61,444 bases of DNA, filler included, from Chloroflexota bacterium (GCA_043754535.1; 6 parts of 6 records of this genome joined end to end with filler, not necessarily neighbours in it); one strand, 5' to 3'. Counted from the whole stretch's first letter, positions 17,112 to 27,147 are shown. Program-made: numbers and translations. Notes: a model not told the origin generated them from the letters alone.

Positions 17112-18167
17112 ATGTCCGACCAGCCAAACTCTGTTCTGGAAGAACTAACCCGCGAACGAACCAACATCACCATTGTCGGGGCGACGAGTGTGGGGAAGTC
17201 GCTCCTTGCCTATGTGCTTGCCCGACGCACCTACGTCGCGCAACCGAATACCGAGGTTTACTTCCTGGATGCTGATCACAGCTCCGAAACGGTGCCGCAG
17301 CTTCCCGGCTGGCAGGTGGTAGACGTGCAAGCTCAAGCTGGTGCGCCTCTGTCCCAACCTCTCACCAGCCGTGCTGTTGTCTTTCTCCTCCGCGATCTGC
17401 CCACAGGTTCGCAGGCGCAGACTGCAAGCCAAGTTGTGGACTTCATCAAGCAGCAGGCCGTAGAGTATCCCCGGCGCAGGTTGGTGATCTTTGACGACCT
17501 TCCTCTTGACGAGCAGGTACTTAAGAGCCTCTACGCTGATGCCAGCAACTTGAACCTTAGCCTTGTGGTACTCAGCCAGACGTTCTACGCCTATTCGCCT
17601 ACGCTGCTTGAGACAGTGCTACGCTCGACTAGTAAGTACCTGTTGCTGGGGCATCGCGGCTGGGGTTATCTTGATCTACCGGACAATCGGGCGCGGCTTG
17701 GCTTGAGTGAGGCGCACCTCAGCCGCTTGCATGAAGCGCAACAGGGTGAAGGGTTGCTGGTAAGTGACGGTACTGTGCAGCCTTTCCACCTTCTGCTAGA
17801 GGCTGGAGAGTTGGCTACGCTCGTCCAACCTACCACCCAGCAGCTGACGGATCGCCACGCCGCTATGCTCAAGGCTGCCGAGGAGCGGTTTGGTACCGAC
17901 AATGCCCCCCGCCTGCAAACCATCCTCAGCCAAGCCATCCTGACCCTGCTCACCTACCGCCCCATCGCTACCCTCGCTACTGCCCACCGGCTGCTCCTCG
18001 ACAACGATTATCGTACCGAGGTGCTGGGTGGCAACGTGCTGGCGGGCGAACCAGCCGCTAACTTGACAGTAGGGCAGCTACGCACGTGGTGGGAGACCGT
18101 GTTTCCCCTTGTACGACGAGAGGATTGGAACGCCCTTACCCTCATCCTCGATAGGTTGAGTGTGTAA
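17112..18167 (+). CDS. Compact VirB4/HerA-like P-loop protein fused to a VirD4-type helical segment
   Basis: Walker A GATSVGKS, Walker B LVIFDD, LSQ, GEGLLV; C-terminal ~90 aa resemble the 25231 protein; AAGGAG RBS. Confidence 0.7.
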   Translation: MSDQPNSVLEELTRERTNITIVGATSVGKSLLAYVLARRTYVAQPNTEVYFLDADHSSETVPQLPGWQVVDVQAQAGAPLSQPLTSRAVVFLLRDLPTGSQAQTASQVVDFIKQQAVEYPRRRLVIFDDLPLDEQVLKSLYADASNLNLSLVVLSQTFYAYSPTLLETVLRSTSKYLLLGHRGWGYLDLPDNRARLGLSEAHLSRLHEAQQGEGLLVSDGTVQPFHLLLEAGELATLVQPTTQQLTDRHAAMLKAAEERFGTDNAPRLQTILSQAILTLLTYRPIATLATAHRLLLDNDYRTEVLGGNVLAGEPAANLTVGQLRTWWETVFPLVRREDWNALTLILDRLSV

Positions 18168-18238
18168 GTAAGCGGTTAGGGTCTGGCAGTTGGCAAGAGC
18201 AGACCAGTAGGCTACTCGTGGTAAGGAAGGAAGTAAGG

Positions 18239-19111
18239 ATGCGCCAAAACAGATACAAGATGCTAGGTTGGGTTGGCGGGTTGGTGCTGGTGGCAGGGCT
18301 ACTTATCACCGTGACGTTCGGGGGGCAAACCACGCCGCATAAAGCAAGCCCCACGCTGATTGCCGCCGCCTTTACTCCCACGTTGCCGCTTCGCCCATCT
18401 ACTCTCACCGCTACACCGCTGGTAATCTCGATCCCGACGGCAACCTACCCGCAGGCGTTCAGTCCTGAAGTGATGCCCCCAATTACCAGCCAGCCAACTG
18501 CGAGCATCGCTACGCTGCTACCCGTGCTGGTCGCTAGCCCCGCCGCTACCCGCTCGACTGTCGCACAAGCTGTGGTCAGCACCGTTAGTGTTGATCCCGC
18601 TGCTGCGTCTCCCGTCTCGTCACCAGCTGCCTTCACCGTGCGGGCCGCTGAACTGCCCACCGGCGCGGGCGGCGCGTGGCAGGTGGTAGGCGACACCGCC
18701 AGCTTCAGCCTACCTTACGACGTGATGGAAGGGGAGGGTATCGCCTGGCTGCCACAACCTATCACTGAAGGCTTCATCGTCACGGTGGTGGCTTCTGGCG
18801 AGGATTGCGGTCTGGCCTTTGGCCCAGAAGTTAGCCCTACCATCTTGCGACTGCGCTATGCAGGCAGGGGCAAGACGGCGGTGCAGAGCTACCCCTTGCC
18901 CCTGCCCGGCTCGTCCACTGGTAGGTCAGAGCCGACTACCTTCGCCACCATCCCCCGCGAATACGTCGGTTCACATACTGTGAACGTGGCTGGGGACGGT
19001 CTGGAGCTTCAGGTAGACGATCAACTGATCCAGCTAATTAGTCCCCTGGACTATAACCATCCTGCCCTCTACGCTGCTGGGAGCGGGTGTAGCTTCGTGG
19101 TTAATAGATGA
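18239..19111 (+). CDS. Membrane-anchored protein with Thr/Pro/Ala-rich stalk and C-terminal beta domain
   Basis: N-terminal TM, low-complexity linker, beta-rich C-terminus with two Cys. Confidence 0.65.
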   Translation: MRQNRYKMLGWVGGLVLVAGLLITVTFGGQTTPHKASPTLIAAAFTPTLPLRPSTLTATPLVISIPTATYPQAFSPEVMPPITSQPTASIATLLPVLVASPAATRSTVAQAVVSTVSVDPAAASPVSSPAAFTVRAAELPTGAGGAWQVVGDTASFSLPYDVMEGEGIAWLPQPITEGFIVTVVASGEDCGLAFGPEVSPTILRLRYAGRGKTAVQSYPLPLPGSSTGRSEPTTFATIPREYVGSHTVNVAGDGLELQVDDQLIQLISPLDYNHPALYAAGSGCSFVVNR

Positions 19112-19177
19112 GCAGCTTATATTACCATCTTCTATCATCAACTTCTGTTACTAATTTCCACCTGAGGGACAAAGACA

Positions 19178-21982
19178 ATGACGACGATCCGCGACCAAGT
19201 AAAAGAGCAATTGAAGCTACCCCCCCCACCCTGGCGCAAAGTCCCCGCGCCGGGGGTGGAGTTCTATAGCCAGGACATCTTCCCCTGCAAGATAGTCAGG
19301 GACGGTATCATTGGTACCGACCTGCGCTTTGCCACCCTGGTCAAGGTAGATGGTATCAATCTTCAGATTCAGTCACCGCTGGAACGCTACACCGCAATTG
19401 GTTACCTTGCTGCCCTTGCTGACCAACAGGAGAGCAACTTCCAGTGGCATTACGAATGTCGTGAGCGTAGTCTCAACCCCATGATCGAGGAACTGAGTAG
19501 ATTGCGGCTTAGCGAACGCAATCCGTTGCTACGCGACTGCTACTGGGACGAGATCAACCACCTTAAGAAGATGAAGCAGAAAGGTGGCATCGTACAGCGC
19601 AGCAATACCCTGGTGCTGGCCGAGGAGAAGAACGCCCAGGTGCAAATGATTGGTGCCGCAGGCTCTGAGCTAGAGGACGACGAGCGCAAGCCAGGGGTGT
19701 TGCAGCGGATTGGGGCAGAGTTCGTGGACGCTTTCGGTGAGGTGTTGCGGGTCGAACGACCAGAAGCGGTTGAAGCACGGTTGCGCCAGAACAGAGCTGA
19801 GAATATCCCACCACACGTGACCGCCTTGCTAGGCCAACGAGCAGGGGCGGCGGCGGGCTATCTAACACAAGCCGGGATGCAGGCCCAGGTGCTAGGCCAG
19901 GATGAGGTAATGCAACTCCTGGCAGGGATCAGTGGTGGGGTTGCCACAGGTGGCCGCGATGCACTGGCTCCACCCGACTACGATGAGGTTGCCGATGGGA
20001 TGCGTTGGGGTGGTCGCTACATCACGGTGCTGTCCAATGCCGAGTGGCCCTCACAGGTGAAGCCGGGCTGGTTGCTGCCGCTGCTACGTTACCGAGGGGC
20101 GCGCCGTTTGGAGCTTAGTATCCACTACAATCCCATCGCCAACGAAGATGCCGAGAAGAAGTTGGGCAACAACGAGCGGATGCTCAGTTGGGCCGCCGAC
20201 GACGACCGCAGCAACCGCAAACTGAGCCGCGCCCAGACCCATGCAGCCAGCCTGCGTCAACTGCTGGCTGAGCAGGGGGGGCGGGTGTTCATGGCAAGTC
20301 TGTACATAGCGGTCAGCGGCAACACGCTACGCGAGATGCGCCGCGCCCGCACACAGGTCTACCAGATCATGAGCCAGATGCGGCTCAAGCCCTATGTCAT
20401 GCGGCTGGATCAACTCTACGCCTACCATTCGGTGATGCCGCTCGGCTGGAATCGGGTGCAGGAGCGGGGCGACGACCGGGGCAACGGGCTACAAAAGTTC
20501 ATGCAGCGGGTGATCGGCAAGACGCTAACTGAAACGGTCGAGCGTAACGTCTCAAGCTCGGTGGTCGCCAGTACGGTCACTCCACTGATCGCTACCATTG
20601 ACATCCCTGGCGGTCAGCTAGTTGGCCTGGCCGCCGATGGTGGGCTGGTGGTGATCGACCCGCTCAAGCTAGACCCCAACCAGAAGGCGGGCAATGAGGT
20701 ATTCGTTGCTACCACTGGCGGCGGCAAAACCTTCTCAATGCTGAAAGAACTTTATCAGCAGCTACTTAAAAACCAGCAGCTACAGGGATTCTTCATCGAT
20801 CCCCAGGGTGGCGTGATGCCTTTCACCAGGATGGTCGGTGGGTCTTATGTTAGCTTCAGCCTGAGTAGTGGTAAGGTGATCAATGTGTTGGACCGGCGGC
20901 GTAGCAGCGGGCGGCTGATCTCGCTGGGCTTCAAGCTGAATTACCTGCGGGCCATCTTTGGCCTGATGATAGGGCGAGAAATAGGCAACTCGATCCTGAA
21001 CATGATCAACCGGGCGATCAAGGCGATGTACGCCCACTTCGAGGCTGCTAGCTCCACCTTGCCGCAGATTTCTAAAGCGGTCTGTCTGACGCTAGGCTTC
21101 CCACTCGAAGTGCAGGCACAGGTAGCCGACCTAGTGGCGGCTTACTGTCGGGGCGAGATTACGAAGGCAGAAGTAGGTTCTGCTTTCAGGCTCACCCTCG
21201 GCGTACGAACCGACGAGGCCACCCTCGCCACGTCGCTACGTTATGTCGAAACTGAGCGCAAGCCCTTCGATCCGGCCCTGCCCCCCGTTCAACGCAGCAC
21301 CCCAATCCTGGAAGACATCATGCCGTACCTGGTAGCCGAGGGGGGTGGTGACCTGGTATCCCAGCTAGAGGTATACATTGATCCCGATGCCTATGGCAAG
21401 GGTTACAACGGCCACACCAACGTGCCGCTCGACAACCGCTTTGTGGCATTCGGTGTACGCGACGTACTGGAAGACCAGCGGGCGTTGGTGATGTACATCA
21501 TCATGGAACATATCTGGCAGGAGACGGTGGACAACCCCAAGCCAAGAGTAACTATTGTGGACGAGATTGGCATCCTCCTGATGGAGAACAATGCCTACTT
21601 CGCCAAGCGAATCACCTCCTGGTACAAGCGGATGCGGGCTTTGAGGAACCGGATCGTGGCCGCCGATCAGAACCTCGGCACGCTAGCTGGTAACGAGATG
21701 GGCAAGTGGATACTGGGCAACACGGCTATCTACAAGCTAGGGCGGCAGGCGCGGCTGGGTAGCAACATAGCTGAGTTGGCGGCGCAGTTTAACCTCACCC
21801 CTAGCCAACTGGCTACCTTGCTCAGTGCCAAGCCAGGTGAGGTGTTGATCGTGACCGGTAGCAAGGTAATCCATGCGCAGTATGACCTCGGTGACGATTT
21901 CTTGCGGAAAGCAGACACCGTGGTGGAGGGGCGAGCCGCCGAGGAACTGCGGTTGCTGGGTGAACTAAGCGAGGAGGAATAG
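19178..21982 (+). CDS. virB4: VirB4-like conjugative/T4SS ATPase
   Basis: 934 aa; Walker A ATTGGGKT, FIDPQG, Walker B TIVDEIG, ADQN, C-terminal LLSAKPGEVLI; N-terminal region of monoderm TraE/ConE type. Confidence 0.85.
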   Translation: MTTIRDQVKEQLKLPPPPWRKVPAPGVEFYSQDIFPCKIVRDGIIGTDLRFATLVKVDGINLQIQSPLERYTAIGYLAALADQQESNFQWHYECRERSLNPMIEELSRLRLSERNPLLRDCYWDEINHLKKMKQKGGIVQRSNTLVLAEEKNAQVQMIGAAGSELEDDERKPGVLQRIGAEFVDAFGEVLRVERPEAVEARLRQNRAENIPPHVTALLGQRAGAAAGYLTQAGMQAQVLGQDEVMQLLAGISGGVATGGRDALAPPDYDEVADGMRWGGRYITVLSNAEWPSQVKPGWLLPLLRYRGARRLELSIHYNPIANEDAEKKLGNNERMLSWAADDDRSNRKLSRAQTHAASLRQLLAEQGGRVFMASLYIAVSGNTLREMRRARTQVYQIMSQMRLKPYVMRLDQLYAYHSVMPLGWNRVQERGDDRGNGLQKFMQRVIGKTLTETVERNVSSSVVASTVTPLIATIDIPGGQLVGLAADGGLVVIDPLKLDPNQKAGNEVFVATTGGGKTFSMLKELYQQLLKNQQLQGFFIDPQGGVMPFTRMVGGSYVSFSLSSGKVINVLDRRRSSGRLISLGFKLNYLRAIFGLMIGREIGNSILNMINRAIKAMYAHFEAASSTLPQISKAVCLTLGFPLEVQAQVADLVAAYCRGEITKAEVGSAFRLTLGVRTDEATLATSLRYVETERKPFDPALPPVQRSTPILEDIMPYLVAEGGGDLVSQLEVYIDPDAYGKGYNGHTNVPLDNRFVAFGVRDVLEDQRALVMYIIMEHIWQETVDNPKPRVTIVDEIGILLMENNAYFAKRITSWYKRMRALRNRIVAADQNLGTLAGNEMGKWILGNTAIYKLGRQARLGSNIAELAAQFNLTPSQLATLLSAKPGEVLIVTGSKVIHAQYDLGDDFLRKADTVVEGRAAEELRLLGELSEEE

Positions 21983-21983
21983 G

Positions 21984-22277
21984 GTGGACGAACAAGACGA
22001 CAGGATGCCAGCCTCGCCCGCTGCGATGGTGGCAAGCCTCAGCGATGAGGAGTTGCGGGGTTTGGGCCTGACCCGCCTGCAGGCCCAGGTGTTGGTCCAG
22101 TACAGTGCGGAGGAGATTTTGGATTTCGCTGTGTTGCGGCTAGCTATCGTGCGCCTCTACGAGCGCACCTCACAGGATCATCAGCTAGCGGACATCCGAG
22201 AGCGGCTAGATGAACTGCGGCAGCGGCAGCAGGAATTGCTGGCAGGAAGCGAGGGGATGAAGTATGTGGCGAATTAA
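21984..22277 (+). CDS. Small coiled-coil hypothetical protein
   Basis: GGAGG RBS, operonic spacing, heptad C-terminus. Confidence 0.55.
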   Translation: MDEQDDRMPASPAAMVASLSDEELRGLGLTRLQAQVLVQYSAEEILDFAVLRLAIVRLYERTSQDHQLADIRERLDELRQRQQELLAGSEGMKYVAN

Positions 22278-23217
22278 CTTCAAAGTAGCGGCTTTGATAC
22301 TGCTGACTGGTATTGTGCTTTCCTGCCTGGTTAGGACCGTGCATGGGCAAGCGGACGTGAGTTACAGATTGCGGTTGGTGGTCGAGTTGCCACGTCCTGG
22401 CCTGCGCGTGCTGGCTCAGTTCGACTTTCCTGCGTGTGCCACGGCGGTCGTCGCGACCAGCACCGCAGCTGCCACCCTACCTACTACTGCTACCGCTCTT
22501 AGTTGTCCTGGCCCTAAGCTGTACCCACTGGTTGCTGAGGGCAAGGTATGGGTGTTGGTGGCCGATACGGAGCGGCAGGGTTGCCGGTTGTGGGTAGTCG
22601 CGGTTGATAACGATAAACAGGTGGTGGAGCGTGTGCGCCACGATGATTTCACTTGGCCCGCCCGCCCGGACACCAAGATGACGGTAGATATTAGCTACTA
22701 CCTGTCCGACCTGAAGCGGGTGGAGCAACCAGTGATTCGTGCTGCCACTGGTGAGCAGGTGCGTGTATCCGGCGACGAAGAAGGGGAGGCTCAAACCCCA
22801 ACACACGACGCGCAACCGACTGGACCGGATGCAAGCTCCGACCGCCCTGCTGGTTTCTACGCCAGTGCGACTGCATCGTTCCCCCAGACCCGCCCTGTAG
22901 GGGTTACGGTGACAACCACAGTAAGCACAACCTTGACGACCACCGCCAGCGTCACGGCGACTGCAAGTATCAGGGCTAACGGTAGCGTCACGGCCAGCGG
23001 CGCAGTGAGCATGAGCAATCCGTCAACCACCGCCAGCACTAGCCAGCCAGACAACAGTCTTGTCTGGTGGGTACTGCTTGGTGGCTTGGCGGGGGCAGCC
23101 CTGATCGGACTGACCTACCTACGCAAGCCAGCAATTGTTGCTACCGACGGTCTATCAGTGACAACCGACGGCCAACCACTGACAACCAATCCAGCAGCAG
23201 GAGGAACAAGCCGATGA
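22264..23217 (+). CDS. Secreted Ser/Thr-rich surface protein with C-terminal TM
   Basis: Signal peptide, TVTTTVSTTLTTT stalk, VWWVLLGGLAGAALIGLTYLRK. Confidence 0.7.
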   Translation: MWRINFKVAALILLTGIVLSCLVRTVHGQADVSYRLRLVVELPRPGLRVLAQFDFPACATAVVATSTAAATLPTTATALSCPGPKLYPLVAEGKVWVLVADTERQGCRLWVVAVDNDKQVVERVRHDDFTWPARPDTKMTVDISYYLSDLKRVEQPVIRAATGEQVRVSGDEEGEAQTPTHDAQPTGPDASSDRPAGFYASATASFPQTRPVGVTVTTTVSTTLTTTASVTATASIRANGSVTASGAVSMSNPSTTASTSQPDNSLVWWVLLGGLAGAALIGLTYLRKPAIVATDGLSVTTDGQPLTTNPAAGGTSR

Positions 23218-23912
23218 TGGGGACGACGCACGCGCCGCTTGGCGCGATCTCCGGTATCCTCAGCCTGCACCTGCTGCAAGCAGTAGGCGTAAACCCCTCA
23301 CCGGGGGGTAGCGTAGCGGTGCTGACAGCGGTGGGGGTGGGACTGGTTGGCGGGCTGCTGCCGGATATTGATCAGCCGACCAGCCTGATCGCCAACCCCG
23401 GCCAGCAGGCCCGCAAGGTGGTCTACACCACCTTCGGCATCCGGCGGCACAGCCTCGTGGGTTACGCCTTCGCCCTGCCCTTCACGCTGGTCAACCTGCC
23501 GGTGCGTGCGCTAGCGGGGCTGCTCAAAGCAACTTTGGGGCATCGCGGTATCATGCACAGCTTCGGGGCTGGGGTGCTGTGGTCAGCAACACTGTTGCTA
23601 ATTCTGTTCGGGTTGACCTTGCTACACCTGCCTGCCCTCGGCCTATGGGAGCTTGCGGTCTACCTACTGGCAGGCTACACATCGCACCTCCTGTCCGACG
23701 GCATCACCTACAGTGGGCAACCGCTGCTCTGGCCCTTGTCGAAGCACAAGTTCAACCTTGCTCCGCCCGGCCTCCGGGTCTCGGCCAGCGGCCCCTTCAA
23801 TAGCATCTTGGGCTTTATCGCCCTCGCGGTGCTGCTGGCTCTGCTGGTGCTGCCGGGCGGCCTCACTAGCGACCTCTGGCAGCAAGCCGCCAGTCACAAA
23901 CCTAAACGATGA
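23214..23912 (+). CDS. YdjM-family membrane metal-dependent hydrolase
   Basis: MMGTTH, LLPDID, HRGIMHS, GYTSHLLSD. Confidence 0.88.
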   Translation: MMGTTHAPLGAISGILSLHLLQAVGVNPSPGGSVAVLTAVGVGLVGGLLPDIDQPTSLIANPGQQARKVVYTTFGIRRHSLVGYAFALPFTLVNLPVRALAGLLKATLGHRGIMHSFGAGVLWSATLLLILFGLTLLHLPALGLWELAVYLLAGYTSHLLSDGITYSGQPLLWPLSKHKFNLAPPGLRVSASGPFNSILGFIALAVLLALLVLPGGLTSDLWQQAASHKPKR

Positions 23913-23921
23913 ACAATGATG

Positions 23922-23944
23922 CAAACCCCCCAGTAGGGGGTTTG
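23922..23944. terminator. Hairpin inside the cluster
   Basis: CAAACCCCC-cagta-GGGGGTTTG. Confidence 0.45.
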
Positions 23945-23978
23945 GCGAGATAGCAAGGGGTCAGCGAGGAAGGAAATT

Positions 23979-25190
23979 ATGCTGAAGCGGATCGGGATCA
24001 TGATCTTGAGCGTCTGGCTACTCACGGCTGTGGGGGTTGCCATCTACGGCTACTGGCCGCAATTCCAGCCACTGCCGAAGAAGCAGGCAGCGACCAGAGG
24101 CAAAAAGGTTGATCTGGGGCAAGCGGCATGGCAGCGGATTAGCCACGAGCCGCTACTCCTGATCGGTGCAGGGGCGATTGACGTGGCAGCGGTGATCGCG
24201 GCTACCTGGTTCGTCCTCTATCTACGGGGGCTGCAAGAGCGCAACGGCAAGCAGGCGGCGGCGAACAGCATCAGCTACCAGATATTGATGGAGACCAGCG
24301 ACGTGATCAGCATCGCGGCAACGAGTGAAGCCTACTACCTGCTGCGCCCCTCGTTCGCCAGTACCAGCTGGCAGCGCATGACCGGGAAGTACCCTTACTT
24401 GGTGCTGACCTACGTGGGACGTAGCGACACCCCCTACCTAACCACCTGCATCGTGACCATCGTGGGCAACTTGCAGTTGCAGCAGCTAGTCTACAAGACG
24501 ATAGAAGCACTGGGGCCGAACATCGAACTGCGGCAGGTGCCATGTCCCCTGCCAAGCGAGCGGGTATACCATGCTTGGCTGAAGCTGGCACGGGAGAGCT
24601 ACCACAACATCCGTATTGAGCAACCCCGCGACCCACTGATCAACCTGATGTCTAGCCTGGTCACGAACAAGGCGATCACCTATGCCGCCGTCAGCTTCTT
24701 CATGCGTTATGAGGAAGGTAAAGACTGGGCGGTGGCTGGGCAGAAGGAGTTGGAGAAGGCCAAAGGGGTCGACCCCAAGCAGCGCGACCAGCAAAAGATA
24801 GCCAAGCTGCAAAAGAACCTGCGCTCGGACAAGTACGGCTGGAAGGTACGTCCGCTGGTCGCCGTCGGTTACGAGCAGGATGCTGACCAGGCGGCTTTGG
24901 AGCGGCTGGGCAACCTGGTCAGTTACTTTGGCAGCTTCGACGACGACAACTGCTTCGTGGCCGAGCCGAGCAAATACGGACACCCCGGTTTTGGCTACCC
25001 CGCAGATTTGAGCGCAGGTCGTGACGTACTCGGCCCACTGGAAGCGGGTACGGTCGTCCACCCAGCCTACCCCACTATCGCGCCGGGGCTAGCCTCCAGA
25101 GGAGCGCGGCTGATGCGTCCATCCCGCAACATGATCGTGGTGGACAGCGTGCCGTTGGTAGGCGATACCCCACAGTACAAATGGAGTTAG
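23979..25190 (+). CDS. Membrane protein resembling the N-terminal extension of large VirD4-like coupling proteins
   Basis: Two N-terminal TMs, DPLINLMSSL, VLGPLEAGTVVHP; directly upstream of the VirD4 ATPase. Confidence 0.55.
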   Translation: MLKRIGIMILSVWLLTAVGVAIYGYWPQFQPLPKKQAATRGKKVDLGQAAWQRISHEPLLLIGAGAIDVAAVIAATWFVLYLRGLQERNGKQAAANSISYQILMETSDVISIAATSEAYYLLRPSFASTSWQRMTGKYPYLVLTYVGRSDTPYLTTCIVTIVGNLQLQQLVYKTIEALGPNIELRQVPCPLPSERVYHAWLKLARESYHNIRIEQPRDPLINLMSSLVTNKAITYAAVSFFMRYEEGKDWAVAGQKELEKAKGVDPKQRDQQKIAKLQKNLRSDKYGWKVRPLVAVGYEQDADQAALERLGNLVSYFGSFDDDNCFVAEPSKYGHPGFGYPADLSAGRDVLGPLEAGTVVHPAYPTIAPGLASRGARLMRPSRNMIVVDSVPLVGDTPQYKWS

Positions 25191-25230
25191 TCAAGGCTAA
25201 TCCGCAAGCTAGAGAAATGAGGCTTAGGCA

Positions 25231-26792
25231 ATGGTAGCAGTGAACGCAACAGCAGCAACAAATGGTCCAACCCCCTACGGAGGGGTTGGTAAGAGTAATA
25301 TCGCCTTCCATACAATCAGGCCGCGCCCACAGACCCGCCCGGCAGACTACGACTTCGAGCAGAAGATACCGCTGGCGTGGTGGCCGAACGAGGATGGCAA
25401 GACGGCGAAGGTGATCGGGGTGCCGCTCAAATATTTCAAAATGCACGGCTGGCTGCTTGGTCCAACCAGATCGGGCAAGTCGTGGCTGATCGCCTACTTG
25501 TCGCTGTGGCTGGCGAACAAGGGCGATAGTGTAGTGGTGATGGAACCGACCGGCGACATCAACGTGGACATCATGCTACGCCTGGCGGTGTGCGATTGGC
25601 AGCGGGTGGTATTCATCCGCCCCGACCTGATGGACAAATGGGGGCTGTATTGCGCGATTAACCCACTGGAGATGGAGTTTCCCGACATGGAACCGGAGAC
25701 ACAGAGCGAGGTGCTAGCGATCTTCAGTGGTTTGTCGGGTACGGACTTGGAAACCACGCCGCGCATGGGGGCAATCCTCAACCGGGCGGTGCTGACCCTG
25801 CTGGAAGCCGACCGCAACGCCACCTTCTACTCGCTGTACAAGCTCCTGACCGATGCTGCATATCGCGCTCGCGTGCTAGGCACTGAGAATGGTGAAGGGG
25901 CGGTCAATGTGCGGAACCCGCAGCTACGCACTTGGTGGGAGACGGTGTTCCCCAACATTCCACAGAAAGAATGGGAGCAGCAGATCCAACCGCTGCTCAA
26001 CCGCCTAGACACGATGATGGGCAACGACTACGCCAACAATATGTTCTCGACGGCCATCTCGACGTTTGCGGCGCGGCGGCTGATCGACAGCGGCAAGATC
26101 ATCCTGATCACCCTACCGGGCGCAGGTGACGCGCAGAAGGGAGACAACCCGATCAGCTCGGCTCTGGCGAAGCTGATGTTCCTCCGCATCGCCAACGCGG
26201 CGATGGATCGGGTCAACGACATCCCCCTCCGCAGAGACAGGCCAATGACCTGGTTCTTCGGCGACGAGGCCAAGTCGATCATCGGCAAGAAGTCGAAAGA
26301 GATACTGCAAAAGATCATTGACCAGGCGGCCAAAGCGAACCTAGCGGCCTTCTTCGCCAACCAGTATCCGGGCCAGATGGAGAAGGACACCGAAAATACG
26401 CTAACTGGGCAGACCGGCACCAGCATCAGCTTTGCGGCCAACAAGCAGGAGCTTGCCGAGTGGATCGCCCGCCAAGTGTTGATGGGCAAGGTGAAGGGTA
26501 GTGACGTACTCAACTTGGAGCGTTACTCGGTGTACATGAAGATCGAGGTAGATGGGATTAAGCAGGTCGTCAGTGGCCGCACCTTCCCCCTGCCCGACGA
26601 AACCCTCACGCCCGACGACCTTGTGCCAGAACCAGAAGCGGGTATGTACTGGGCAGCGGCCAAAGCGTGGCCCTGTGCATATCAGGCGGCGGCGCAGCTC
26701 CTCGCCCGCGCCAACAAAGAGCGACCAGGTAGCTATGCCCCAGACCTGTTCGGCGACCGCCCCAGCGAAGCGGAAGATAGTCGGCTGAAGGC
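25231..26792 (+). CDS. virD4: VirD4/TraD-like type IV coupling ATPase (3' truncated)
   Basis: HGWLLGPTRSGKS, VMEPTGD, INPLE, all-alpha domain, Walker B FFGDEA, ANQYPGQ, VLNLERY. Confidence 0.85.
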
Positions 26793-26977
26793 NNNNNNNN
26801 NNNNNNNNNNNNNNNNNNNNNNNNNNNNNNNNNNNNTTAATTAATTAANNNNNNNNNNNNNNNNNNNNNNNNNNNNNNNNNNNNNNNNNNNNGTGCAACT
26901 GTGGGTACAGCTAGAGGAGGATTGGTTTGGTCTTCTCACCACTGAGGTGAACGAGGCCGGTTACTTGCGACTTAGCC

Positions 26978-27006
26978 ATTATACGACATCAATAGCCTCA
27001 TGTCAA
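26978..27006 (-). promoter_or_regulatory. Perfect consensus promoter reading toward the contig end
   Basis: TTGACA-17-TATAAT. Confidence 0.8.
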
Positions 27007-27147
27007 GCACTTTTGCCCACGATTTTGGCTATTTCTTGCTGTTGATGCGAAGCGGGGCAACGGAGCCACTAATTGGCCTGCTGCCCCTCGTCCCTCTGCA
27101 TCAGCGTCCCCCTCAGCAGTGGCATGGCACAGTACGGTTGTGGCTAT

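Noticed and set aside
26913..26979. 22-codon ORF MAKSQVTG... after the consensus promoter
   Set aside because: Its ATG overlaps the -10 box, so it lies upstream of the expected transcription start
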